From: Candidatus Moranbacteria bacterium RIFCSPHIGHO2_01_FULL_55_24
Lineage (GTDB): Bacteria; Patescibacteriota; Minisyncoccia; Moranbacterales; UBA1568
Direction: 5' to 3'
Length of the DNA stretch: 64,000 bases
Assembly: GCA_001786575.1 (NCBI GenBank)
Contig: MFRW01000009.1
Location: 24,979 to 88,978, forward strand
Shown: positions 38,962-49,553 of the stretch, piece after piece
Layout of the letters: each line of letters opens with the position of its first letter
Position numbering within the stretch: position 1 is the first letter of the stretch
Notes under the pieces: model-generated
What the model was told of the DNA's origin: nothing
The model's database searches: none
Seen by the model: only the letters and a program-made list of their open reading frames with translations
Position numbers and translations under genes: made by a program

Positions 38962-40011
38962 TCACGAGGTTTTGAGCGCCTCCAGGCCGGGAAGCGAGGC
39001 ACCGCTCAAGTAGTCGAGCATCGCGCCGCCGCCCGAAGAGACAAAGCCGATCTTGTTCATGACATTCGCCCGCTCCACGACGGCAAGCGACTCGCCTCCG
39101 CCGATGACGACATAGGCGTCAGTCTCAAGGATAGCGGACAAGATAGCGTCCGTCCCCATGTTGTAGGGCTTTTCCTCGAACTTTCCCAGAGGTCCGTTCC
39201 AGATGATAGTCTTCGCCATCTTGAGGATCTGCGAGTAATAGGCGATGGTGTTCGGACCGATATCGAGCCGACCCTCGGCGAAGTCTTGCGGAAGGAGCAC
39301 CTTCTCTCCGAAAGGGATCTTCTGATCGATAGCTTCGTTCGCGACTTTGCCGCCGACGAGGATGCAGTCGTAGTTCTTTTCGAAGGCATGGATGAGCGGA
39401 AGCTTGGTCTCGATCTTCGCGCCGCCGATAACCGCTACTGCCGGATGCGCCGGTGAGAAACGTACGCGGTCGAGTTCGTCGATCTCCTGGAGCAAACGGA
39501 AACCGGCATAGCTCGGAAGCATCTTCGGGAGAGCGGATACGGAAGCATGCGCCCGATGGCAGACGCTGAAGGCTTCATTCACATAGGCAGTGAACGGCTT
39601 GGCAAGGGCTTCCGCGAACGATCGGTCGTCCGCCTCTTCTCCGGGGAAGAAACGCACGTTCTCCAAGAGAAGTACGCTCCCCGGAGGAAGTGTCTCGAGG
39701 GCTTTCTCTACCTCTTCGCCGACACAAGTCGGAACGAAAACGACTTCTCTTCCGAGCGCTGCCTGAAGTGCCGGCACGAGGCTTTTGACGGAAAATTCTT
39801 CGCTCATTTTCCCTTCCGGCCGCCCGAGATGGGTCAGGAGAGCGACTTTGACGTTTTCGTAGGAGAGGATATGGTCGATGGTCTTTTTGACGATCTCGAG
39901 ACGGAAATGCTCTTCGATCTCACCGAGACGTGTCCGTTCTATGTTGAAGTCTGTCCGCACCAGGACGCGCGCGTCAGAAAAGTTGGCGTTTTCGATGGAG
40001 CGGAGTTCCAT
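38962..40011 (-). CDS. pgk: phosphoglycerate kinase (compact)
   Basis: HLGRP, LLENVRF, HRAHAS, WNGPLG, SSGGGA. Confidence 0.96.
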   Translation of the reverse strand: MELRSIENANFSDARVLVRTDFNIERTRLGEIEEHFRLEIVKKTIDHILSYENVKVALLTHLGRPEGKMSEEFSVKSLVPALQAALGREVVFVPTCVGEEVEKALETLPPGSVLLLENVRFFPGEEADDRSFAEALAKPFTAYVNEAFSVCHRAHASVSALPKMLPSYAGFRLLQEIDELDRVRFSPAHPAVAVIGGAKIETKLPLIHAFEKNYDCILVGGKVANEAIDQKIPFGEKVLLPQDFAEGRLDIGPNTIAYYSQILKMAKTIIWNGPLGKFEEKPYNMGTDAILSAILETDAYVVIGGGESLAVVERANVMNKIGFVSSGGGAMLDYLSGASLPGLEALKTS

Positions 40012-40027
40012 AAGGTTTGCAAAAAGT

Positions 40028-41140
40028 TTAGGCGCCCATTCCCAAGATCCCGATCATGACTCCGATCAAGGAAGTGATCGCCGTGAAAATCCAGGCGCGC
40101 ATGACGATTTTCGGCTCCGGCCAGCCTTTGGCTTCGAAATGATGATGGAGCGGCGCGGCCAGGAAGACTTTGCGTTTGAAGAAGCGTTTCGAGAAAAGCT
40201 GGATCGCCGCGCTTCCGGACTCGAGCACGTAGATGAAAACGATGATGAAGAGCACGATGACCGAATTCGTGAGCATGGCCACTACCCCGAGGGTCGTTCC
40301 GAGCGATATGGCGCCGGTATCGCCCATGAAGAAGCGTGCCGGATAGATATTGAACCAGAGAAAAGCGAGGAGCGCGCCGGCAAGCGCCGTACAGAAAGCC
40401 GCGAGATCCATGCTGTTCTGTGCGAATGCGATAAGCGCGAAAGAGCTGAACGCCGCGAGGAGCACTCCCGCATTCAGGCCGTCCAGGCCGTCGGTTTCGT
40501 TCGATGAGATGGCGGAGAAAAGGATCACGCCGATGAAGAGCGGGATGTACCACCAGCCGATAGAGAAATCTCCCATAGCGGGGATATGGATCGAGTCCCA
40601 GCCGAGTTTCTGGTAGAACCACCAGGCTCCGGCTCCGGAGATGATGAAAAGCCACCAGAAACGGAAAGCGAAACGCATGCCCCCGCCCTTATTGGATCCT
40701 TTGCCGCGGACGCTCAAATAGTCGTCGAAGAGGCCGAGGATGCCGGATGTCACCAGGACGAAGAGCGGCAGCCAGACCTGCGAGCGCTTCAGGAAGTCGA
40801 GGCGCGCGATGAAGTTGGTATCGGTCCAAACGGCGATGAGCGGGAAAAGATAGTGCGAGAGATACACCAGGATGAGTACGGTCATCCAGACTATCAGGCC
40901 TCCCATAGTCGGTGTTCCCGCTTTGGCTGCGTGGAGTTTGCTCACGAAGGTGAGCTGGTCGCCGTTGACGTCTTTTTCTTTGATCTTGATGCCGATCTTG
41001 TATTTATAGAGAATATGGGTCCAAATCGGCGTAATAAGGAAAGCCAAAAAGAAGGCAAGAAATCCGGTAGCGAGGACTTTCAGGATATTCAAGACCAGCG
41101 GAATGTTCTGGAATTGAGCGAATTGCCATTCTTGGACCAT
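40028..41140 (-). CDS. mraY: phospho-N-acetylmuramoyl-pentapeptide transferase
   Basis: TPTMGG, DD, DGLDGL, FMGDTG, APLHHHFE. Confidence 0.96.
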   Translation of the reverse strand: MVQEWQFAQFQNIPLVLNILKVLATGFLAFFLAFLITPIWTHILYKYKIGIKIKEKDVNGDQLTFVSKLHAAKAGTPTMGGLIVWMTVLILVYLSHYLFPLIAVWTDTNFIARLDFLKRSQVWLPLFVLVTSGILGLFDDYLSVRGKGSNKGGGMRFAFRFWWLFIISGAGAWWFYQKLGWDSIHIPAMGDFSIGWWYIPLFIGVILFSAISSNETDGLDGLNAGVLLAAFSSFALIAFAQNSMDLAAFCTALAGALLAFLWFNIYPARFFMGDTGAISLGTTLGVVAMLTNSVIVLFIIVFIYVLESGSAAIQLFSKRFFKRKVFLAAPLHHHFEAKGWPEPKIVMRAWIFTAITSLIGVMIGILGMGA

Positions 41141-41163
41141 AGGTGCGTATCTTTGCGGATTAT

Positions 41164-42180
41164 TTATTGCCAATCGAAGGCCTGGAAGCTCCAGTCGAAC
41201 ATGGAGCGGATGCTCTGCCAACGGTACTGGTCGTCCAAGACGACGGCGACGATGTTTCGTTCCTGACTGTAGTCGGAAGCCACGGCAAGGAGCGAATAGC
41301 CGGCAAGCGGCGTAAAGCCGGTCTTGGTGCCGATGAGATTCGGCATCTGCCCGAGGAGCTCATCGGTGTTGTTGATCTCGTGGGTGTATCTGCCGTCTAT
41401 CGAGGTGATAGTGACGTGCTCTATGCGCATCATATCCCAAAGGATGTCATGTTTCAAAGCCTGGGCGGTGATGAGCGAGACGTCATAGGCCGAAGAATAG
41501 CATTCCTGCTCGCGTCCGTCCGGCTCAAGGCCCGATGGCGTGCAGAAGTGCGAATTCTTGAGTCCGAGCTCCTGGGCGCGCTCGTTCATGATAGCTGCAA
41601 ATCCCTCCTGGGTTCCGCCGAGGTGTTTCCCGAGTGCGATCGCGGCATCGTTCGCGCTGTTCATGAGCGCCGCTTTGAGGAGGTCGCGCACCGTCACTTG
41701 TTCCCCTGGCTTGAGGCGTTCGCTTACGCAGTAGCCCGAGCGCGGACAACCGATGCGCGTTCCTGGCGCGTAGATTGCTTCCTCATCGATGGTTACGGGC
41801 TCGTCCAGGTTCTTCACGCGTTCTATCACGATGAGCGCGGTAAAGAGTTTGGTGAGCGAAGCGATCTGGCGCCGGTCTCCGGCATTATGCTCATACAGCA
41901 CTTCCCCGGAATCGGCATCCAGGATCACCGACGCATGCGCTGTCGGGACGGCGAATCCGGGAGCGAAAGGCTTCATGATCGGCTGGAAGCCAGCGGCCAA
42001 TCCCCGGTTTTCTGATACCAGCGGAAGAGGCTTCTCTTGGAGCGGAGTGGCTTCGAAACGGCTCTTTACATGAAACAAGGTGCCCAGAAGAGATCCGGCT
42101 TCTGCCCGGACAGACCAGTGATCCGGCAGGAAAACGAGAGCGAGAGCGATGAAAGATGCGAGGAAGAAGATTTTCCGCAT
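41164..42180 (-). CDS. D-alanyl-D-alanine carboxypeptidase (S11)
   Basis: SLTK, SAN, KTG motifs. Confidence 0.93.
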   Translation of the reverse strand: MRKIFFLASFIALALVFLPDHWSVRAEAGSLLGTLFHVKSRFEATPLQEKPLPLVSENRGLAAGFQPIMKPFAPGFAVPTAHASVILDADSGEVLYEHNAGDRRQIASLTKLFTALIVIERVKNLDEPVTIDEEAIYAPGTRIGCPRSGYCVSERLKPGEQVTVRDLLKAALMNSANDAAIALGKHLGGTQEGFAAIMNERAQELGLKNSHFCTPSGLEPDGREQECYSSAYDVSLITAQALKHDILWDMMRIEHVTITSIDGRYTHEINNTDELLGQMPNLIGTKTGFTPLAGYSLLAVASDYSQERNIVAVVLDDQYRWQSIRSMFDWSFQAFDWQ

Positions 42181-42186
42181 AGGGAT

Positions 42187-42789
42187 TTATGAGATTTCTT
42201 TGTTTTGTGGGACTGCACGGGTCTCCGGAAGCGTTTCTTCGGCATTGTCCATAAGGACCGTCAGGCGTTCATCCTGGGAAAGCGTCTCGAAGTCCGGCAG
42301 GTCTTCGCGCTTGCCGAGCCCGAGAGACTCGAGGAATTTGAAGCTCGGCGAGTAGAGATAGCCGCGCAGATCATTGGGATTCCCCTCGCGCTCGACGAGC
42401 TCCCGGAGGAGCAGGTTGCGGAGGGTAAAGCTGCAGTTCACGCCGCGGATCGTCTCTATTTCGGCACGGCTGATCGGCGCGCGGTAAGCGATGATAGCGA
42501 GCACTTCGAGCGCCGCTTTGCTCAAGTGTTCCTGAAGCGATGATTTGGTGATAGCTTCTACAGCGTTCTGGTTTCCGGCTTTGGTAGTCAGGCGGACCGC
42601 GTCGCCGTTCTCGATGAGTTGGAGTCCGGAGGAAGGGTCGTTCTCGTAGCGTTCCCGCAGAGCGGCAGCAGCGGCACGGATGTTCGGCTCATCAATCTCG
42701 AGAATCTTCGCGATTTTCCGGATCGGAAGCGGCTCACCGCTCACGAAGAGGATGGCTTCCAATGCTGCGATATCTTGGGGAGTCGGCAT
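42187..42789 (-). CDS. scpB: SMC complex subunit ScpB
   Basis: LEAILF, LEVLAIIAY, IETIRGVN. Confidence 0.95.
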   Translation of the reverse strand: MPTPQDIAALEAILFVSGEPLPIRKIAKILEIDEPNIRAAAAALRERYENDPSSGLQLIENGDAVRLTTKAGNQNAVEAITKSSLQEHLSKAALEVLAIIAYRAPISRAEIETIRGVNCSFTLRNLLLRELVEREGNPNDLRGYLYSPSFKFLESLGLGKREDLPDFETLSQDERLTVLMDNAEETLPETRAVPQNKEIS

Positions 42790-42795
42790 AGGAGT

Positions 42796-43512
42796 TTAGG
42801 ATACGGATTCTTTCATACGCTTGATGCGTATATCGCTGAAAAATTTCTCTTGTTCGACGAAGATGTAGCGTTGTTTGATGAGTTCCAGCATGGCCAGGAA
42901 GGAAACGATGATCTCTACCTTGTCCTGGGCGTTCCCTGACATCTCATGGAAGGATGATTCTGCACGGCTGGAAAGGCTCTCTTTCAGGTGGAGCATCTTC
43001 TCCTCCAGCGTGATGATGCTCTTGAGCTCCTTCTCCGGAAGCGCTTCGAAAAGCGGGATGGTCCCGAGCACGCTCTTGAAAGCGTCGGCCAGGTCTTCTT
43101 TGGAAAGGCCTTTCGGCGGATAGAAAAGCGAGGCGACACCGAGGAAGCTATCCCTTCCGGCCACTGCCCTTCCGGCGGCGAAAAGGTGTTCGAGCTTCGC
43201 TCCGGCTTCGCGGTATTTCTGGTAGATCCGCAGGTGCAGTTCGAGGTCCTCGATCGCTTCTTCCTCTTCTTCGGTGAAGTTAAGGATCGGCAGGAGGGCC
43301 CGGGATTTGACCAAAATCAGCCTGGTGGCTACCGAGAGGAACGAGGCCAGGTGTTCCAAGGAGATGTCTGCCCGCGCTTCGATGAACTCCAAAAACTGGT
43401 CAGCTACTTTCGCGAGGCTGACTTCGGTGATATCGAGCTTTTCTTTCTCAATAAGAGTCAAAAGGACATCCAGTGGACCCTCGAATTGTTCCAGACGGAT
43501 CCGGTATTCCAT
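42796..43512 (-). CDS. scpA: segregation/condensation protein ScpA
   Basis: FEGPLDVLL, KSRALLP, FLAMLEL. Confidence 0.95.
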   Translation of the reverse strand: MEYRIRLEQFEGPLDVLLTLIEKEKLDITEVSLAKVADQFLEFIEARADISLEHLASFLSVATRLILVKSRALLPILNFTEEEEEAIEDLELHLRIYQKYREAGAKLEHLFAAGRAVAGRDSFLGVASLFYPPKGLSKEDLADAFKSVLGTIPLFEALPEKELKSIITLEEKMLHLKESLSSRAESSFHEMSGNAQDKVEIIVSFLAMLELIKQRYIFVEQEKFFSDIRIKRMKESVS

Positions 43513-43575
43513 AGGCTGATTCCTCTTGAGAATACCATTTTTACCCCTATTTTCCAAGGGTCCGGACGCTTCCGT

Positions 43576-44766
43576 TTAAGCCGATTCCAAGACCTCTTTC
43601 TCACTTTGCGTGTCTTCCAGCTTGAGTGCGCTTATGAAGCTCATCAGAAGCACGAATGCGGTCAGGAAGAGGAAGCTTTTAAGCGGGAAAACCAGGAACA
43701 GCGCTATGGAGATGAAAGCGCCGACCATATTGGCGACCGAGCGCGTGGTCCGGAAGAAAGCGATGACGTCGGCGTCGCTCTGGTCTATCTGCTTGTAGAA
43801 ATACGAGTCCCGGAGCACTTCGATGCCGGCAATCCCGACGCGCGTCGTGATCAGCATGAGCGTCACGAAGAGGAAGCTCTGCCCGGAGGAGAAGCCGAGG
43901 GCCAGGCAGCTTCCTGCCGTTATGAGAAGCGAGAGCGCGATAAGCTCTTTCTCGCCATAGGCACGGTCGGCGAGCACCCCGAGCGGGTACTGGAGGAGGA
44001 TGAACGGCAGGAGCATGAGGGTGAACATGATGCCGAGATCGTTCCAGCTATACCCGAGCCCGAGGAGATAGAGCGGCATGTACACGAGGAAGAGCGCGTA
44101 GAAGAAGTCCATGCCGAAGGAGACGACGTAGATATGGAAGAGATTCTTCTCCCGGAGCATCTTCCGGAAAGTGGTGCGCAGGCGGATGCGTTCCAGAAGC
44201 ACCCGGTTGTCATTCCGGAAAGAGAGCACTGCGATGGTGAAGACCAGCGCGTACCCGACGAGGAGCCAGAAGAAGATGCCAGCATACGTATCTTTCTCGA
44301 GCACCTTGATGGAGAGAAACGGCGCGAGGATGAGTCCCAGATTCATGATTGTCAGATAGAGTCCCCGGACTCTTCCGGAGACCGAGTCTTGCGAGTAGCC
44401 TTCGAGCAGGATATCCAGCGAGACCCAGGTGAGATTGATCGCGACGATGAGCAGGACCAGGATCGCGAGCGAAAGCCAGGAAAGCGGGAGGCTTGAGAGG
44501 AATGCCGAAGCCACGACTGTGATACCGAGAAAAAGATAGAGCGTGCGGGATTTCCCGAGGAAACGCACGAAGGCCTGGAGGAAGAAGAGGGCGAGCAGGA
44601 CGAGGGAAAAGGTGACGAAATAGAAGGCTCCCAGACGCTCGGTGCCGACGAGCGGTGCGATGTAGGCCGAAAGGATGTAGATAAGAAAAGCGTCGAGGAA
44701 ACCCATGAGGAACGAGACCAGGTTCACGAGGCGTACTTTCCGCCGATTATAGATTTCATCGTGCAT
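43576..44766 (-). CDS. MFS transporter
   Basis: About 12 [13 protein letters not shown] motif. Confidence 0.9.
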   Translation of the reverse strand: MHDEIYNRRKVRLVNLVSFLMGFLDAFLIYILSAYIAPLVGTERLGAFYFVTFSLVLLALFFLQAFVRFLGKSRTLYLFLGITVVASAFLSSLPLSWLSLAILVLLIVAINLTWVSLDILLEGYSQDSVSGRVRGLYLTIMNLGLILAPFLSIKVLEKDTYAGIFFWLLVGYALVFTIAVLSFRNDNRVLLERIRLRTTFRKMLREKNLFHIYVVSFGMDFFYALFLVYMPLYLLGLGYSWNDLGIMFTLMLLPFILLQYPLGVLADRAYGEKELIALSLLITAGSCLALGFSSGQSFLFVTLMLITTRVGIAGIEVLRDSYFYKQIDQSDADVIAFFRTTRSVANMVGAFISIALFLVFPLKSFLFLTAFVLLMSFISALKLEDTQSEKEVLESA

Positions 44767-44784
44767 AGCGTTTTTCTTTTTTAT

Positions 44785-45186
44785 TTAACGGAGGCATCCC
44801 GGCACGTAGCCGGCCTTCCGGGCCTCTTCTTCGGAAGCGAAACAGCGCCGGTTCTCCGGCTTGATGCGCTTGGCCGGGGCGCAGCTCGGCAGATGGTATT
44901 TGTCCGAATTCTTGCTCCCGACAAAGAGACAATTCGCTTTCTCGGCGCTCGTCGCCACCGGCTCGAGACCGCTCTTCATACTCGTTTGAGTCTGGCTGGA
45001 ACCGGTACTTTGTTCCGGCGGCAGCGCTCCGTAATCAGGAATCTTGATGATCAGCGGCTCCGGGGAAGCCTTCCCGTTCTCGATCATCCGTCCGGCCTGG
45101 AAAGCCAGCATACAAGCCAAAAAAAGCACCGAAAACGGAAGGATTTTCCCCTTCTTTTCATTCCAGAATGCAAGGAGCTCGGGCAT
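44785..45186 (-). CDS. membrane-anchored protein with Ada metal-binding-like domain
   Basis: [15 protein letters not shown]...[11 protein letters not shown]. Confidence 0.8.
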   Translation of the reverse strand: MPELLAFWNEKKGKILPFSVLFLACMLAFQAGRMIENGKASPEPLIIKIPDYGALPPEQSTGSSQTQTSMKSGLEPVATSAEKANCLFVGSKNSDKYHLPSCAPAKRIKPENRRCFASEEEARKAGYVPGCLR

Positions 45187-45258
45187 GGGAAGACAGTTGA
45201 CAATAGGATAAGATATGATATACTCATCCAGTATAACAAATCTGTAAGTAATCAGGCT

Positions 45259-45540
45259 ATGGCACACAGAAAAGCCGGTGGCTCTACCCAATTAGGCCGT
45301 GACTCCATTTCCAAGCGTTTGGGAGTGAAGCTTTACGGTGGGCAGCTTGCCTCTGTCGGCAATATCATCATTCGTCAGCGCGGTACCAAATTCCATCCTG
45401 GCAAGAACGTCAAGCGCGGCGAAGACGATACGCTCTTCTCGCTCATAGACGGCGTCGTCGAATTCCAGGCCAAGAAGGTCAAGGATTTCACCGGCCAGCT
45501 CTCCCGTCGCACCTTCGTGAACGTCCTTCCCAAGGAATAA
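45259..45540 (+). CDS. rpmA: 50S ribosomal protein L27
   Basis: [28 protein letters not shown]. Confidence 0.98.
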   Translation: MAHRKAGGSTQLGRDSISKRLGVKLYGGQLASVGNIIIRQRGTKFHPGKNVKRGEDDTLFSLIDGVVEFQAKKVKDFTGQLSRRTFVNVLPKE

Positions 45541-45677
45541 GGCCGGTTCACTCGAAAAACACCCCCCTTCCGGGGTGTTTTTATTTTTTACAAAAAACTC
45601 TCCCTGAACTTCCTCTCCAGAACCCTCCAGGGAGGCTTGGAAGGACGGAAAAGCATGGTCTTCGAGTAAGAGATTTC

Positions 45678-47336
45678 TTACTGCTTCTTCTTCCCGGCCG
45701 AAGCTTTGAGGAAAGCGACGAAGAGCGGGTGCGGCGCGATGAGCGATGACTGGAATTCCGGATGGAACTGGGTAGCCAGGAAGAACGGGTGCTTCTTTAC
45801 CGGCAATTCGGCGATTTCCATAAGCACGCCGTTTGGCGACGTGGCGGAAAAGACGAGGCCGGCTTCTTTGAGCTGCTCGACGTATTCCGGGTTCACCTCA
45901 TAGCGATGACGGTGACGTTCCAAGACAGTCTTTCTCGCATAGGCCTTCCCGGCGAGAGAATTCGGGGCGAGTACCGCTTCGTAGTGGCCCAAGCGCATGG
46001 TAGCTCCGTAGTTTTTCTGGCGCAGATTCTCTTTCTGTTCCGGCATGATATCGACGACCGGGTTCTTCGTTTTCGGATCGGCTTCTACCGTATGGGCGTC
46101 CTTTATGCCGAGGACGTTCCGCGCGTATTCGACGACCGCGAGCTGCATGCCGTAGCAGAGCCCGAAGTACGGGATCTTGTTCTCGCGGCAGAAGCGGATC
46201 GCTGCGATCTTGCCTTCTATCCCCCGGCTGCCGAAACCGCCCGGGATGAGCACGCCGTCGTACTGCTTGAGCGTCTTCAGGTCGCTTTGCTTCTCTTCGA
46301 AATCGGTGCTGTCGATCCAGGTGAGCTCCAGGCTTTTGCCGATCTCGCACGCCGCGTGCTTCAGGGCCTCGATGACGCTGATGTAGGCGTCGGAGAGGAC
46401 GAAGTCCCCAGTCTTGAAGTATTTCCCGACGACACCGATCTTTACCGTTTCTTTGGCGTTCCGGATGCGCTTCACGCGCTTCTCCCAGTCGGCGAGGCCT
46501 CTTTTGCGCGAGGATAGGCCGAGTTTCTTTAAGAGGATATCGCTTAGGTTGTCTTTCTCGAAATTGAGCGGCACCTGGTAGATACTCTCCACGTCCGGGG
46601 CGCTGATGACGTCTTCCGTGTGCACGTTGCAGAAGGTCGCGATCTTTTCCTTGCGCTTCTCGTCGAGCGGCCGATCGGCCCGCGCCACGATGATGTCCGG
46701 CTGGATACCGGTCCCGTTCAGCGTGCGGACGGCATGCTGGGTGGGCTTGGTCTTCATCTCGCCTACCTTCGAAGGCGTCGGCACATAGCTCACGATGGCC
46801 GTGATCACATCGGCCGGGTTCTCTATCTTCATCATGCGGACCGCTTCGAGGAAGAGGATGTTCTCGTACTCGCCCACCGTTCCGCCGATCTCGATGATGG
46901 CGATGTCGGCCGCATGCTTCGCGACGGAAGACTTGATGCGACGGATCACTTCGCGCGGGATGTCCGGCACGACCTGGACGCAGCGCCCGCGGTATTCCAG
47001 ATTTCGCTCCTTCTCGATGACCGACTTGTAGACCAGTCCGGTCGTCATGTAGTTGTCGCGGTCGAGCTCCACGCCGAGGAAACGTTCGTAGTTCCCCATA
47101 TCCTGGTCGGTCTCGTAGCCGTCTTTCAGGACGAAGACCTCCCCGTGTTCCGTCGGGTTCATCGTTCCGGCATCGACATTGATGTACGGGTCGATCTTGA
47201 AGGCCGTCACATTGAATCCTCGCGCCTGGAGGATCTTGCCGATCGAGGAAACGGTGATGCCTTTCCCGACACCGCTCATGACGCCGCCGACGACGAAGAT
47301 ATATTTGGTCCGGTTTCTCGTGTTCTTTTTGCTCAT
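45678..47336 (-). CDS. pyrG: CTP synthase
   Basis: GGVMSGVGKG, KTKPTQ, GLCYGMQ, QFHPE. Confidence 0.98.
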   Translation of the reverse strand: MSKKNTRNRTKYIFVVGGVMSGVGKGITVSSIGKILQARGFNVTAFKIDPYINVDAGTMNPTEHGEVFVLKDGYETDQDMGNYERFLGVELDRDNYMTTGLVYKSVIEKERNLEYRGRCVQVVPDIPREVIRRIKSSVAKHAADIAIIEIGGTVGEYENILFLEAVRMMKIENPADVITAIVSYVPTPSKVGEMKTKPTQHAVRTLNGTGIQPDIIVARADRPLDEKRKEKIATFCNVHTEDVISAPDVESIYQVPLNFEKDNLSDILLKKLGLSSRKRGLADWEKRVKRIRNAKETVKIGVVGKYFKTGDFVLSDAYISVIEALKHAACEIGKSLELTWIDSTDFEEKQSDLKTLKQYDGVLIPGGFGSRGIEGKIAAIRFCRENKIPYFGLCYGMQLAVVEYARNVLGIKDAHTVEADPKTKNPVVDIMPEQKENLRQKNYGATMRLGHYEAVLAPNSLAGKAYARKTVLERHRHRYEVNPEYVEQLKEAGLVFSATSPNGVLMEIAELPVKKHPFFLATQFHPEFQSSLIAPHPLFVAFLKASAGKKKQ

Positions 47337-47427
47337 GCTCTTAGCGAAATGACGGTTTATAGAGAAAAAGCCGCTCTCCGGAATGGGGTGGGCGCGGCTT
47401 GGAAAGTTGCTGGGGAGAATCCATGTT

Positions 47428-47871
47428 CTAGGCTTTCTCTTTGATGACGAGCATTGCCGAGGCTTTGATACCGGATCCGAAATCGAAATTGATCGGGAAC
47501 TCGCCGACCTGCTTCAAGGGCTTATCGAGGATGATCTGCCGCTCTTCTACCGCGGTGCCCTGGAGAGACAGAAGCGCTCGGATCTCTTTCTTGGATATGG
47601 AACCGAAGAGCTTGCCTTCTTTCGCCTTGCTCTCTATCTCGAAGCGCTTGCCATTCAGAGCGCTCGCTTTCTCGTTCAAGGCCTGTTTTCCAGCGGCTTC
47701 GTCTTGGGCGCGCTCTTTTGTCACGCGCTCTACATTACGGAGCGCTTCCGGAGTCGCCAGTACCGCGAGCCCTTCCGGCATGAGGTAGTTCAAACCATAG
47801 CCCGTGCGTACGTCGATGACGTCGCCTGACTTTCCGAGACTTTTCACGTCTTGCACCAGGATGACTTTCAT
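47428..47871 (-). CDS. rplI: 50S ribosomal protein L9
   Basis: MKVILVQDVKSLGKSGD, GKLFGSI. Confidence 0.95.
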   Translation of the reverse strand: MKVILVQDVKSLGKSGDVIDVRTGYGLNYLMPEGLAVLATPEALRNVERVTKERAQDEAAGKQALNEKASALNGKRFEIESKAKEGKLFGSISKKEIRALLSLQGTAVEERQIILDKPLKQVGEFPINFDFGSGIKASAMLVIKEKA

Positions 47872-48021
47872 ACGGGAAGTTTTCCTTATTTACCCATATA
47901 TTGTAGCGAGGATTTTTTCTTGTGGCAAGCGGAAATTCCTCGCTCTTCTGCGACTATTTACAAAACCTCTGAAATATGCTATAATGGTATTTGTACCTTA
48001 GAAAACGAAAGGGAGTGAGAA

Positions 48022-48459
48022 ATGACAGGGAGACCCTCATTGCACATTTTTGAAAAAGGTCTTACGGGAAACGAAGACGGCAGAGCCAGACTTTTCAGCT
48101 GCTTGAAAGATCTGCCCGCTTCCCAGAAGCACATCTCGAGAGGCATCGATTCGCTGCATGCCTACAAGCTCATCGGCATCGCGCAGGCGCTGTACGGCTA
48201 TGAAGGCAACGAGAGCGTAAACGGTATCATCATCGAGATCTGGCGGCTCCGCATGTTCGGGTTCGCACTGAAAAAGAAATTGCAGCTAGAAAAGAAGGTC
48301 GACGTCGGCGGTTTCCTCCAAACGGAGACGAGCCTCTACACCGACCATCCCTTCCCAATCCTGGATTTCTGGGAAGCCTCTTCAGAAGGCGACGAGATCC
48401 TCCAAAAACAGATCCGGACTATACGGAGCGCAATCAAGCTCTCGCTTTTACCGGAATAG
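48022..48459 (+). CDS. hypothetical protein (145 aa)
   Basis: TTTACA-17-TATAAT promoter, boxA-like motif, AAGGGAG SD, terminator. Confidence 0.72.
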   Translation: MTGRPSLHIFEKGLTGNEDGRARLFSCLKDLPASQKHISRGIDSLHAYKLIGIAQALYGYEGNESVNGIIIEIWRLRMFGFALKKKLQLEKKVDVGGFLQTETSLYTDHPFPILDFWEASSEGDEILQKQIRTIRSAIKLSLLPE

Positions 48460-48498
48460 AGAAAAGCCCAAGCATCTTCATGACTTGGGCTTCTTTTT

Positions 48499-49551
48499 TT
48501 ATACGATGAGCATGCTGTCGCCGAAAGAGTAGAAAGCGAATTTTTCCTGGATCGCGATCCGGTACAGTTCCATGATCCCGCGCTTGCTCCCCTTGCTCCG
48601 GAGAAAAGCGTCCACCAGGAGAAGGAGCGAGGTCTTCGGCAGATGGAAGTTCGTGATGAGGCCGTCGACAGCGAGGAACTCGTAGGGCGGCCGGATGAAG
48701 ATATCAGTAGCGCCGTTGTATTCCCCCCGGATGCCTTCATGCGCCAGGAATTCCAGCGAGCGCACCGTCGTCGTGCCGACCGCGATGACAGGACGGGCTT
48801 CACTCTTCGCTCTTTCTATGGCAGATACAGTCTCTTCAGGAATATGGACGCGTTCGGCATGAAGCTTGGCTTTCTTGAAATGCTCTTCCTGGAGCGGCGC
48901 GAATGTCCCGAGTCCCACATCCAGCGTGATAAAGCGCGACTCGATCCCCTTCTCTTCGAGCCTCTCCTCTACCCGTTCGGTAAAGTGGAGTCCTGCTGTG
49001 GGCGCAGCGACGGACGCTCCTTCTTTGGCGAACGTCGTCTGGTAGCGCAGACGCGCTTCACGCTCGTCCCATTCAACATCCTCCAGGTAGTGCGGGAGCG
49101 GGGTCTTCCCGAATTCATCGACAAGCGACTGGAAAGACTTGGTGTTGCCCTCGCTCGGCGTCATATAGAAGATATTCTCATCCTGCACCCTGACCGTCAG
49201 GCTGTTCCCGTCCGGGAAGAAGAGCTTCTGGCCGACCGTCGTCTTCCGATCGACGAGAGCGGGGATGCGCTCCTCGGATTCCATCTGATTCAGAAGCGCG
49301 AACACTTCTATCTTGCCGCCGGTTTCCTTGGCGAGCCACAGCCGGCTCGGCCGGACGCGGGTGTCATTCCGGACCAAGAGGGCGTTGTCCGGCAGATAGA
49401 GCGCGAGATTGCTGAACGTATCGAAACGGATCTCATCCGTCTTCGTATCATAGACAAAAAGCCGGGCGGCATCGCGCGGCTCTATCCCACGCTTGCGGAT
49501 CAGTTCTTCCGGCAGCGTGTAATCGTATTGTTCCAGGTCTTTGTATTCCAT
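48499..49551 (-). CDS. queA: tRNA preQ1 ribosyltransferase-isomerase
   Basis: PLPHY, YQTTFA, VAAPTAGLHF, TNFHLP, FYSFGD. Confidence 0.96.
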   Translation of the reverse strand: MEYKDLEQYDYTLPEELIRKRGIEPRDAARLFVYDTKTDEIRFDTFSNLALYLPDNALLVRNDTRVRPSRLWLAKETGGKIEVFALLNQMESEERIPALVDRKTTVGQKLFFPDGNSLTVRVQDENIFYMTPSEGNTKSFQSLVDEFGKTPLPHYLEDVEWDEREARLRYQTTFAKEGASVAAPTAGLHFTERVEERLEEKGIESRFITLDVGLGTFAPLQEEHFKKAKLHAERVHIPEETVSAIERAKSEARPVIAVGTTTVRSLEFLAHEGIRGEYNGATDIFIRPPYEFLAVDGLITNFHLPKTSLLLLVDAFLRSKGSKRGIMELYRIAIQEKFAFYSFGDSMLIV

Positions 49552-49553
49552 AC

